Shown here piece after piece: positions 53,780-64,000 of a stretch of DNA of 64,000 nt. Within the stretch, counting starts at the first letter, position 1. Every line of letters begins with the position of its first letter. The notes beneath the pieces were generated by a model. It searched no databases. It was not told the origin of the DNA and saw only the letters and a program-made list of their open reading frames with translations. Position numbers and translations under genes: made by a program. Where the stretch lies: contig NC_045138.2 of NCBI RefSeq assembly GCF_008831285.2, positions 27,218,001-27,282,000 of the forward strand, in the 5' to 3' direction. This DNA is from Nymphaea colorata (Eukaryota).

Positions 53780-54231
53780 TAAGGACGTCAATGGATTGAC
53801 TTCGGATCCAATATCTGACTGAAATGCTAAAAAAACTTGGATACAAAAAATTATCATCCTACCAAGAAATTAGATCAAAATCGGATTTAGAGAATGACAT
53901 TTGATCGGATTCATATTTAGATGCAGTTTTAGTTCTAAGTAAAGATCTGATCAAAGCCAAATTCAGTTTTAAATAAGTATCATATATCCAACTTATATTC
54001 ATAATTTGAAGTCGGTTTTTAACATATCATACTGTGGTTTGGATTCCGTTGCATATTTAAAAGCCATGCAGATGTGAAAATGAAAGCCAAAAATTCAAAT
54101 CCTATTCCAATTGTGAGAATCAGACGGATTTGATATGACTTTTGTTCATTTGTCGCTGAATCGGAAGACATTAAGCATCCAATATATGGTAAAAGACATC
54201 TTATTCTAATTTAAGCCGTGAGACATCCACA
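53780..54231. mobile_element. Degenerate MITE, same family as 4020-4445
   Basis: taaggacgtcaatggat...gacatcc termini, with collinear similarity to 4020-4445. Confidence 0.55.
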
Positions 54232-57200
54232 AAGTGACCACTATATCTAACAAGGAAAAACCTACGGAAAACTATGAACTTTCATTGAACAAATAAAATT
54301 GGGTAAGAAAAAAAATTCACACCCTTGATTTTTAGGTTCTTGTAAGAATAAAGCAAGTTGAACTAAACGCGACTAACCTTAGGTAAATTATGCACGTTGC
54401 ACACCAAACCATGATTCCATGCTCAATTTCTATCGCACTTCCAAGACATGATAGAAAAAATGGAAGACTACCATGTTTTGTGGCATGTTGGTGACCAGTG
54501 TGGCCATGTTTGAATGGAGGGAGTCCGCAAGAGAGGAGGTTCTTCACTATGATTGAATGGGAAGAGTATGAACGAGAGATCACATTTATTCCAGACAACT
54601 TCCTCCATCACTCGAACACGCCCCAAGGGCAGATGGAGTAACGGGAGGCACAATTTTCTCATATCCACTATTCTGCAACTAAGGGGCTGTGATTAAACTT
54701 TCTCTCTCACACGAGAAGCGGAATGTTGTGGGTCTCAGTGCAGAGAAAGTGGGTTCCCTTCCACCTGACGAAACAAATGGTGCATAAGTGGTTCACCAAT
54801 CGGGGCATAAATTTTCAGAGAACCTCACGATTCAAGGTCATTTTATATCATCTAAACAGGCAAAAAGGAACACGAGAGAAAGAACCCCAATGGAGTTTGG
54901 TGCAGCAGAATGGAGACTCGGCTGTTTGATGCAGAGTCGTGATTCAAGCTCCATGAGCGCCAAAAGCTCCATTCACACGAACTCTCTACATGAGACGATG
55001 TACAGAACTAGGAGGTAGAGGTACGACCCACGAGGATTTACCACCCTAGGCAAGTGACTAAGACTATACCTCCATCCTGAGTATACCTCGATCCAGGTGC
55101 GGTTTCCTCGTGTAATAAATCAAGTAGAAGAGGCAGGGTCGAAGCAACCAGCCAGTTAAGAAGGCTAGAGATAGATCACAGTGTAGTCAGGAATGAAGCA
55201 AAGATAGGGAAAGTTGCCTGTACAGACTCAAATATATTCCGTAAAGATAAGCAAGGAACTGGAAACAGCTTCAAGCTTCCTAGCTTAACTGCAAAATATC
55301 AGGTAAAGAAATGAAGTTTTCCCTTACCTACTCCCTAAGCAATGCCACGTCATTGGCAAAAATTCTGTTCTTCAATTATGTGAAAAAGAAGGCCAGAGTC
55401 TTTTCTAAATCTTAACAAAGCCGCTATTTTTTTCATATAAACATGCACCTCATTGGTTCTCCATGTTTTCCCTACCGGTTCCAAAGCCCTGCTTCCTTCT
55501 AGGATGTCACAGAACAAAATGCTCACCCATCCAATGGAAATCATAAGCAGGAATATTCTGTTGCAGGGAATGAAGTTGTAGTTGAAAGAGGGACCCTCCA
55601 ACCTTCCCTCTATTAAACATCCCTTCTGCATTCTACTTTACAAAACCGATGTTCCTGAAGCAGTTCCTCAACAAGACTCTGACACAAATGAGCTGGTCGT
55701 AAGATCAGGTGGCTTAGCTGAGAAATCTGTTTCCGGCTAGCATAATGAGCTAGAATCATGAGCAGTTCAAGAAGCACAAGCTGAGCCGAAAACAGAGGTG
55801 CTTGGCTTGGCATGTGGAGCTAGCATATTACTTTTTAGATTATACACACATAAGGAGTATGATGTTGTGTGCTGGATGGCTAAAAATTAAAAATAGGTCA
55901 CTAAAAACAGCCATCACATGAGCATTAGCAGCAGATTATGATAAGCAATGGTTCAAGTAGCAATGATTCATGGTGCTTTTATTAATTTTTGGCCATCTGA
56001 CAACATTGACACAGCACCATGGAATTCTCCACATACATATAAACACACACAAACACATTATCTTACATGTACATAAACTATGTGTACTGTATTCTCTATT
56101 ACATGCACATATTTCACACTATACTTGTTGGCACTCTATGCTATGCTACTTTAAGAACAAATGTTCTTGAGAAAATCGTCGGGCGCCATGACTAGCTCAT
56201 GAGATGAGATCAACTGGAGAAGGCAGCTCAAACAGCCTTCTCAATTTATTAGCACTTCTAGCAGTCTTTTGTCATACCTGCAGTTCTACCCAATTTGCTA
56301 AGAGTGTTTCACTTGGAACCTTATCAAGATTCTCTGCCAAAAAGCTGATGTTATCAAGTAGAGAAGGATCCGTTTACAGGCTTTGCTTAACCAATGACTA
56401 CAGTTGATACCAAGACCATAATGATTTTTTCTCTTATTTCACTATCTGTTGCTATTATAACCATTCTGTTATTTCATGTTTGACATGCTTTGACAACACT
56501 TCAGAATGATGTCTGTATGCAAGGCTTACAGCCTAAAAAGAGCACAGTTTAGGATTGATCCTCAAGAATCTTTTATTGCTCAGTTTATATTGGGTTGCAA
56601 CATAGACATGCTTCCACTGATGAAATTGCAAAATTTACATTGCAGACCAATTGCGGAGAAACCTATTATCCTTTTATTTTATTTTATTTTACTTTTTCAA
56701 ATAGATCAGCCAGCTGCCAAGAATTCTGATCGAATATTGCTGCCACTGGTTTTATCTTCCATGAAAATTATGATTTGCAACATTTTCTCTTGACCCAGAT
56801 TTCAGTCTTCATGAAGGCAAGGGTGAAATGTCAATGAGCCTTTTGTTTTCCACACTCGAGTAAATAGGACTTTTCTGGATACTGCACTCTTTCACAAGAG
56901 CCATAAGGATTAAAATTGTGCAAATTTTCAGATTTTTAGCAGACTAAGTCAATTAAGTGGGGAAAAGTATCGAATAATTCATCAAAAATCAATGGCTCGT
57001 GACGTAGAAGATATCCTGTTAGAATAACCAAATTCACGTGTAGGACATTCTTAAATTTTTGTCCTCCCTATTCAGCCTGAGGAGCTACAACAGTAAGGAA
57101 ATAAAGATTTTTCCTTCTAAATATCATTTGGAGCTACTCCTAGAGCCACCAGAATGTCACTATATGAGTTTATTCTTGTGCAAAGGTGCTAAAGATCTTC

Positions 57201-58090
57201 TCATCTAGAGTTAAGGCCACTTATTATGGAAAAAGCTTTCACTACATTAGCACACGATCTTTCCTTCTATGCTCAAGCTACATCCACTGAAAAGCAGAAC
57301 ATTGTTCCAAAAGAACCAGCATTTTTATGCACCACTTGATTTTTCATTCTAATGCATTACCAGCTGTAAAACAAGCACAAAGTTTCATAACGGAGGCTCT
57401 ACTTTACCTTTATATTGTGCACAAAAATCTTAAATGCACAAAGCTAAAGTTCATGCAAAATAAAAAGAGAATATAATACTGTTCATGTAGCTAAAATACA
57501 CCTGGAAGTGCTGCCAGTTCATTCCAAGGCCATCCCAACAGCTGCAGTTTGCCAACAATGGCAGCCACTAACCTTAGAATGAGTTCTGCTGAATGGGGAA
57601 TGGGTTTCTTGTCATTACCATAATGGTCTATGAATGAGAAAAATGGCAAAAAGAAGTTCATAAACAAGGCAAGAAAACCACCTCGCTACATGTCTATTCA
57701 TCAAGTTGTACAATTAAGAATTCTTCAGGCACATAACAGCAGGGTTTGGTGCTTCTGTTTTGTTCCATTTATCAAAGCATCCGCAGAAATGTACTTACCG
57801 TACAGGAAAGTAACAATTCGGTAAAACACAAACAACAGCTCCTGGACCAGATAAACATTTCTGATGCATCATTCAATTGCCCAATGTTACACTCAATGTG
57901 TTCCTCAATGATATACGGTCTTTTACACAAAACACTTGAATGATGAAAGACATAATCATTCTATCTCCACCACAGACAGGAAAAACAGTCCTCGAAACAA
58001 AATTTGGATCACATAAAATTGAGCCAAAACAGATCAAAATGTTCATGCATGTCCCTGATATATGAAGAGATGTAAGAACATTACCATGAA

Positions 58091-59392
58091 TTACAAAAGC
58101 ACAAGTCCAAGTTCTGAAGGCTTCAGAGTGTGCCTTATCCGATAATTGTACAGATAATAGTGAAGTTGTCCATCGCCAGGTCCGAACTTCAGTTCCTTCA
58201 AGAATGTCTCGTTCTGCATAATGTCCAATGCATTAAAAACATCGTACTCCTTCTTCTTAGCAATAATAAGTGCATCATTCATAAGCTGCAGCAGAGGGGT
58301 CTGCAACGCAACATTGTAGTACGAGTATGCTGCCTTCAGTACTGAATAATTCTGATTCCCAAGAATCGAAGATGGTAGGGTGTAGAAGCTACAGAAGTCG
58401 GTTATCTCTCGAGAATCTGGGCTCTCAACCACAAAACTGTCAATAACGTTTTCCTTTGGAAGAAGCCAATGCTCCACATCATCTTCATCAAAATCCGGCG
58501 CAACAATGAATTGGGAAAGATAATTCCTCAGAAGCCGAGTAACCGCTGGCACATCCCTCAACTCCATTGCCCTGAAACCAGGCGTCGCTGTCGAGTCAGG
58601 CAGCTTATACAGCTTAATCGTCCTGCTCATTGTCATCCTTGCACCGAGTCGAGAAAAACCAACATCGATAAGCTTCTTAGGATTCAACGAGCGATGCCAA
58701 TATTGGCATGTTGTGATTGGAGTTGGCAGCACAACACCGGCAGTATAAGCTGCCTGCCATATATTCTCCAAATGAACCCGCCTCGTGACCTCCTTAATCA
58801 TCACAGGGGCGAGCCGTTTCGATCGGAGCTTCTTGTGAACACAAAGAAAATTGATCTCCGCCATCAGAACAACCTGATCCCTAACACGAATCTTCGCCGG
58901 CACGCCGGTGATGAATGCCACGAGTTTCCTCGACCCCTTGACCCTGACGCCTATATGCCAACTCCTGAAATAGCCCGGCGGCCGCAGCGCCCACCTCAAA
59001 AACTCCTTTGAATAGTTGAACCTGAACATGTTCTCGTCGTCCTCAACGTAATTGTTCATAAGGAGATTGTAGACCTCCGTGCAGGTCTCTTCCAAGTCCA
59101 TGTCGCAGGTGCTCCATTCGTAGGGGCTAGGGAGATTATACGGCTCCTGCCTCACCTCGGAGAGAGGAGAGGGATCCTCGATCGGACCTTCTGGCAGGCT
59201 GGTGTCGCCGACATCCTTGAATTGCCCAACCGGCTGGGTCTCCCAGAACCGGTGGCGCCTTCCCATAGACAGCGCTTCCTGAACCCTCCTACTGATGGCA
59301 TCGATTTGATCGTTGCTCGTGGTGTTCACTGCTGGGGAGTTCCCTTCATTTGATTCGTCTGCTGGTCCAGACGATGGGTTTTCGCCACTCAT
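58091..59392 (-). CDS. NMT1: Glycylpeptide N-tetradecanoyltransferase (N-myristoyltransferase), 433 aa, uninterrupted CDS
   Basis: Signature motifs FWETQPV, NYVEDDENMFRFNYSKEFL, EINFLCVHKKLRSKRLAPVMIKEVTRRV, YWHRSLNPKKL, KFGPGDGQLHYYLYNY and C-terminal LVLL. Confidence 0.98.
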   Translation of the reverse strand: MSGENPSSGPADESNEGNSPAVNTTSNDQIDAISRRVQEALSMGRRHRFWETQPVGQFKDVGDTSLPEGPIEDPSPLSEVRQEPYNLPSPYEWSTCDMDLEETCTEVYNLLMNNYVEDDENMFRFNYSKEFLRWALRPPGYFRSWHIGVRVKGSRKLVAFITGVPAKIRVRDQVVLMAEINFLCVHKKLRSKRLAPVMIKEVTRRVHLENIWQAAYTAGVVLPTPITTCQYWHRSLNPKKLIDVGFSRLGARMTMSRTIKLYKLPDSTATPGFRAMELRDVPAVTRLLRNYLSQFIVAPDFDEDDVEHWLLPKENVIDSFVVESPDSREITDFCSFYTLPSSILGNQNYSVLKAAYSYYNVALQTPLLQLMNDALIIAKKKEYDVFNALDIMQNETFLKELKFGPGDGQLHYYLYNYRIRHTLKPSELGLVLL

Positions 59393-59414
59393 TCCGTCGG
59401 AAGAAGCGCTCGAT

Positions 59415-59861
59415 CTGCACCAAATAATGAAAAAGAGAACAAAAACATGACGAACACTTGCTCACCGGATCTATGAGAGGAAAATCAAAATCAACCCAGA
59501 TTCCCGTTATCAAGTTTCCTAGCCGAGCATTCGCACCAAAGTTATGGAAAATCCAACCTTTACCAGGATATTGTGATTCTCGACACAATCTGCAATTGCC
59601 GCCCGGAAAATCAGGTGGGAATTCAAAAAAATCTATTTTTAGAACGAAAGCTCAACTGGGTATCAAAGAAATCGATCTTTTTTGTCGGATATCTCAATCG
59701 TTCATCCTGAGATCTCCATTGAGATTTCGTCCAATTCGATGTCTTGGCGCAGTATCTCAATCGGCTATGGGCTTTCTGTCTGCAAGACTCCCCATAAGGA
59801 ACTTTCAATCGATCGAGAGATCATGAGTGTGAGAGCGAGAGAAGTAGAGCTTACCACTTAC
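59415..59861 (-). other. Predicted 5'-UTR intron of NMT1
   Basis: Donor CTG|GTAAGT at 59861, with an alternative GTG|GTAAGC at 59854. Pyrimidine-rich tract ending GTGCAG at 59415, 22 nt before the ATG. Confidence 0.65.
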
Positions 59862-59928
59862 CAGAGCTGCCGGCTGGCCGATCACGGGAATGAGTGACGA
59901 AGGGGAGGAAGGAATAATGACTTTATTC

Positions 59929-59936
59929 TAGGGTTT
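59929..59936 (-). promoter_or_regulatory. Telo-box (AAACCCTA) near the NMT1 transcription start
   Basis: tagggttt on the plus strand. The motif is typical of plant translation/housekeeping gene promoters. Confidence 0.5.
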
Positions 59937-61451
59937 TGTCTGTTGGGGAAAGCCGTCGGGAGAAGAACGCGTTGCTACAAAAGTCCCCACTTTACCGTGA
60001 GGACGTCGCTAGCCTTCTCTCGGTCAAAACGAAGAGAGGAATGTCTTCCTGTTCCGCATTTTACGTATCACTACGAACCCAAAATGACCAAATTTGGCAT
60101 GATCAGGCTCAATTCACTGATGCAAATTCGGATTTAGCTCGGATTTGTAGTGTGAACTGTTCTCTCTGTACAACAACCCAAACTTCGACTCTGAATCCTG
60201 CTTTAGTTTCAAGTTGTAAATTGAGCTTCAATGATCATGGAATTGTATCAGTAAAACTAATTCTAAAATCTTAAAAGTCTGTTTTGTTAACAGGTTGATT
60301 TTTTAAATGTTTTTAATAGTTGCAAGCTCCTGCATTGCTTTAATGATATTCCATAATTTAGGTGCATTTATACGATGTTGGATCTTACAAGCAGTAAAAT
60401 ACAAATGTTCTGTATAAGTCGATAAAGGGGAATGAAACGGTTACTTTAATCCACTGTAGCAACTCACCAGTGTAACCAGCAAAATTAATATAGTTCGCGT
60501 GCTGATGTATACTTGAAAGTGGGTTCAAGTCACTTCAACAAAATTGATTCCCATATATTGCTTACATTGTGTAAAAGAAGAAAGAGATGTATGATGGCAG
60601 CAGTTTCCTGTTGATGAATCGTATTCAACATTAAGATATAACCAACTATTCAAAATAAATTATTTGATTCATGTATTATTGATGTATTCATCGAATGTCT
60701 CCAGTAAAAGTGAATTTGAATGTTCTCTAATTGGGTGTTGAGTTACCTTGAGTATTGGACCTAACAGTTTAATTTGACATGAGACTTGCTTTAAGTACAT
60801 ATATCGTAACAATTTGTAAATCTAGAAACCGTGCATTGATCTTCAGATTCATGGATCTTATATTACTCGAATAAGAAACTTTACATGTATCCATTAATTT
60901 CAGAACGTGGGATCTACAAACCTATCGATTAATGATTGCATCTTCTAGAGTAAAAAAATATGAAAATTTAAGATCTAAGATCACTCTTAGATAAAACCAA
61001 TCATTCAAATGCTGCGTTTGTAATCAATTATGGTTGCCCAAGTAATAACACAAATGAAAAACAGTTGCTTGGTAATGAGAAAGTAGAACAGTATGTTATA
61101 TGTTATAGTGTTTCATGAATGTGCCTTGATAATTGAAGTTGACACAAAGGCCATCCGGACATTTGAAATATTTTCTTACTTGTTTATGAGAAATATTCTC
61201 AATAGTTTAACCGTCTCCATGTGGCCGTTGGCAGAACAAAAGTTCGTGGGAAAACTCTTCCCAGGAAAGTATCTTTTTTCGCATTCAAACGCGCCTTTCT
61301 ATGTCCCTACGATTATCCGAAAAAATCCCGATAAAGCAAAAAACCAGAAGTTCCTTGCAATTATATTCCTCCCCTTTAGAAATCACCCGCCAAGCTTTAT
61401 ATTCCTCCCTCCCTCTTCCCGCTCACCGAGGGAGAGAGGGAGAACAAGAAA

Positions 61452-62664
61452 ATGGGCGATCTGACGGATTGGGACGAGGAAGGATACAGAGAAGCCATCC
61501 TGCGCGAGAGGCAAGCCTTAACCCTGACGCTCTTCCGCTCAATCTTCCCTCCGTCCAGGCTCTCTTCCGATCCAGACGTCCTCGTCGCCGCCTCTAGCGA
61601 TGGTTCCCTCGCCACCTACTCCGTCGCTTCCGCTATCTCCGGACACGTGAGTTCTCTTCGTTCCTTTCGCTATGGGTCCTCAGACCGTGTTTTCGACTTA
61701 TGGTTCACTTGTACTCACTTTTGTTTCTTGCATTCTGTGTCGTAGTCGATGCATTCCAACGTGACCGATTATCGGCTGTATGATCTTTTGTCTCTCCTTT
61801 TATTTTTTACTACCTGGCCAAAGTCTTGGGGCTTCTGATGCTTTAATTATTTACTGCGATATCTTATGCGCTTGATGCATATGATTTGTTGTCGTGATTC
61901 TCCAGTGACGAATTCATAGTCTCAGAGCCACAGTCATTCATCAAGGCCCATAACGGACCCGTGTACGATGTCAAATTCTTCGGCGATAACGAGGATTCGT
62001 TGTTGCTGAGGTAAGCTTGCTCTCCGTAGTTGATTGCTTTTTATTTTTATTTTTTTCTTTTGTATTTTTTCTCCGAGGAGCGTATTTGAATGGTCTACAG
62101 TTAGATTCGTGCTTTATAAGGTTTGGAATTGCGTAGCATAATAAAATGAGGCATTCAGCTGTCATACGTCTGGTGTTTTATGGATATGTAGCTAAAATAA
62201 TGTAATGTTTCTGACCGTCGCTAAGAAAAAGCGGCTGTTGGTCTTTGGTTTCATGCTCAGTGCCCCGGCCATTTGTCGGCCGAATGATGCTTAGAAATTA
62301 GAACCATGTCGCTGTATCGAACAGTATTGCTGGTGAAACTAGTACGTTATGTGCATGGTAAAGGATTAAAAGAGAAATATCTGGTGCACGTGGAACTCCA
62401 CTTCCTATCCCATGTATGTTCAGCTGTTAGGTTGCTGACAGTTTGTGTTGGAACGTTTCTTCTAGTTTATGTGCGGCACTTGATAGACTGCATCCTTATC
62501 CGTTATGCTTTGTAGCCATTGATTGGAAATTTCTGTCGCAACATATGCTTGCCTCAGATTGTGTGACCTACAGTTGTATTCTTGTAGTTGTGGAGATGAT
62601 GGACACATAAGAGGGTGGAAGTGGAAGAAAATTCTAAATGTTGAGGCTCCTTTGTCTATGAAAG
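61452..62664 (+). CDS. THO6: THO complex subunit 6 / DWA1 (WD40 protein), 5' part only (4 exons; gene continues past the window)
   Basis: Exons 61452-61646, 61746-61777, 61906-62010, 62588-62664, in frame. Motifs WDEEGYREAILRER, VAASSDGS, KAHNGPVYDVKF, LLLSCGDDGHIRGWKW match plant THO6/DWA1. Confidence 0.9.
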
Positions 62665-63714
62665 GTAATTTGTACCTGGAGTTATTTTGCTAGCTATTGC
62701 ATGGTAATATTCCTAACTGTAATCCATTCCTTCCTGTGCAATCCTCTTGTTTGTGATTCATGATAATGATGCAGCTTGCAGTGAGCTATGTATACGTGTT
62801 ACTGTTATTTTTTATATTTTGTCATGGGAACTTGTATGTTCTATGTAGTGCTCCCGAAATATTCACTCAATTTCCTTATGCTTTACCTTGTTACAACAAC
62901 TAATTTTGGCAGTCACAGACGCGGGATAAATCTCTGACGAACCATTTACAATTAGAGACCCATTTCTATTTCTCTTTTTTCTGATATAGAAGTTGTTAAG
63001 ATTGGTACCAGGATCTACAGCATGTCTCATTGTCTTGTTTATAGGCAGGAAGTTGATTTTGGTTAAGAAGTGGATGGTGTCACTTCTGAGCTTTACTATC
63101 AGATGTTCTGCTGCTGACTAAAGTGAATGTCAGTTATGGAGAATAATTTTTAATAGGTCAATTGGCTGTATAACATGGAGAGGTAGAGATAACTTCTATC
63201 ACTTTTTGGTATTTTGTTGACACACAGCACATGCAAAACATTGTCATAAGTTTGTAAGTTTTTAGTCGCGAATAAAAAAGGTCCATAATCATCAGCCATG
63301 GAAGCTGAAGATCCAAACCCTGTCAAAGTGCCTTTTGAGATCCATCCTGATGATAATGGTTAAGTGACAGGTTCTTCTAGCATTTTAGTTCAGTTGCTTG
63401 TCCAAAAATTCTCCATATTTATAGAACAATTTGTCTAATTTAAACTCTTCAAGATTACCAAAATTTAGAAGTGTTAGATGTAGGTGATGTTACTGTTCAT
63501 GTAGCTGAATGTTCTCTAGATGCATATTATGGAGCATAAAGTAGTTTGAGGATTTGTAGAAGGTTCTTAGGCAGTCCTGTTGTAAAACATATTCATCATA
63601 TTAAGTGAAGGAAACAGTCATACTCTATGGGCAAGGTTTCATAAGGATTCAAAATAATAACATATCACAAATTATAATTTGTCATTTATTGTTTACTTGC
63701 CCTCTCTGGGAACA

Positions 63715-63945
63715 AATAAACCACGTTTGGTGTAGGAGCCCTGGTCATGTTAGTTGAACTCGTACCTGCAATCACCTCCATAACAAAATAATACTCTGAG
63801 ATAAATGCCTCATAAACCCCGGCAGGCAGCAACCTTCAGCCAGGCAAGTATAGTGGAGTTGCGTGTTGTAAAAGGATATGATGAGGTTCAAACTCATGAC
63901 CTGCTGCATATTAACCAGGATCTTACCAGTTGTGTTTGCCCGTTG
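63715..63945 (-). mobile_element. Possible degenerate tRNA-derived SINE in a THO6 intron
   Basis: Minus strand shows an A-box-like aaacacaactggtaag and a B-box-like gagtttgaacc about 30 nt apart. The 3' part ggaggtgattgcaggtac...acaccaaacgtggtttat is reminiscent of plant SINE tails. Confidence 0.3.
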
Positions 63946-64000
63946 GCATGTGCTTGATCTACTCACGTGGACATTATCTCTGATAAGTTAACGAATTGGA

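Noticed and set aside
54764..54774. ctgacgaaac resembling a hammerhead ribozyme core (retrozyme)
   Set aside because: No stem II between CUGANGA and GAAA and no LTR-like repeats, so a hammerhead cannot be built.
55717..55726. gctgagaaa resembling the TPP riboswitch core
   Set aside because: The other conserved elements (CCCUUUGAACCUGA, GUAAUGC, AGGGAG) are absent and no THIC gene is present.
58130..59011. Plus-strand ORFs (71 and 180 aa) inside NMT1
   Set aside because: Antisense shadows of the NMT1 CDS.
63839..63851. Minus-strand atacttgcctgg resembling the U1 snRNA 5' end
   Set aside because: Mismatch in the splice-site-pairing sequence, and no further U1 similarity, Sm site or USE.

Overview
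AT-rich, intron-containing flowering-plant nuclear DNA; the species cannot be determined from the sequence alone. It holds six protein-coding loci, assembled by hand from GT-AG splice sites and recognisable protein motifs: (1) a single-exon, plant-specific, Pro/Ser-rich membrane-anchored protein (2289-2960, -); (2) a 7-exon LONELY GUY cytokinin-activating enzyme, LOG8-like (10343-12871, +); (3) a DUF3511 protein (20334-20669, +); (4) a 16-exon, ~18 kb DGAT1 with a 21-nt micro-exon (26079-44432, -); (5) N-myristoyltransferase NMT1 with an uninterrupted CDS (58091-59392, -); (6) the first four exons of THO complex subunit 6/DWA1 (from 61452, +), divergent from NMT1. Intergenic DNA and introns carry many non-autonomous DNA transposons, including hAT-type elements with verifiable 8-bp target-site duplications (TSDs) and several nested insertions. 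There is also an LTR plus tRNA-iMet primer-binding-site remnant and several microsatellites. The least explained signal is a hairpin-dense, apparently spliced non-coding region 2-3.6 kb downstream of NMT1. I could not confirm a novel system; the candidates below are hypotheses.
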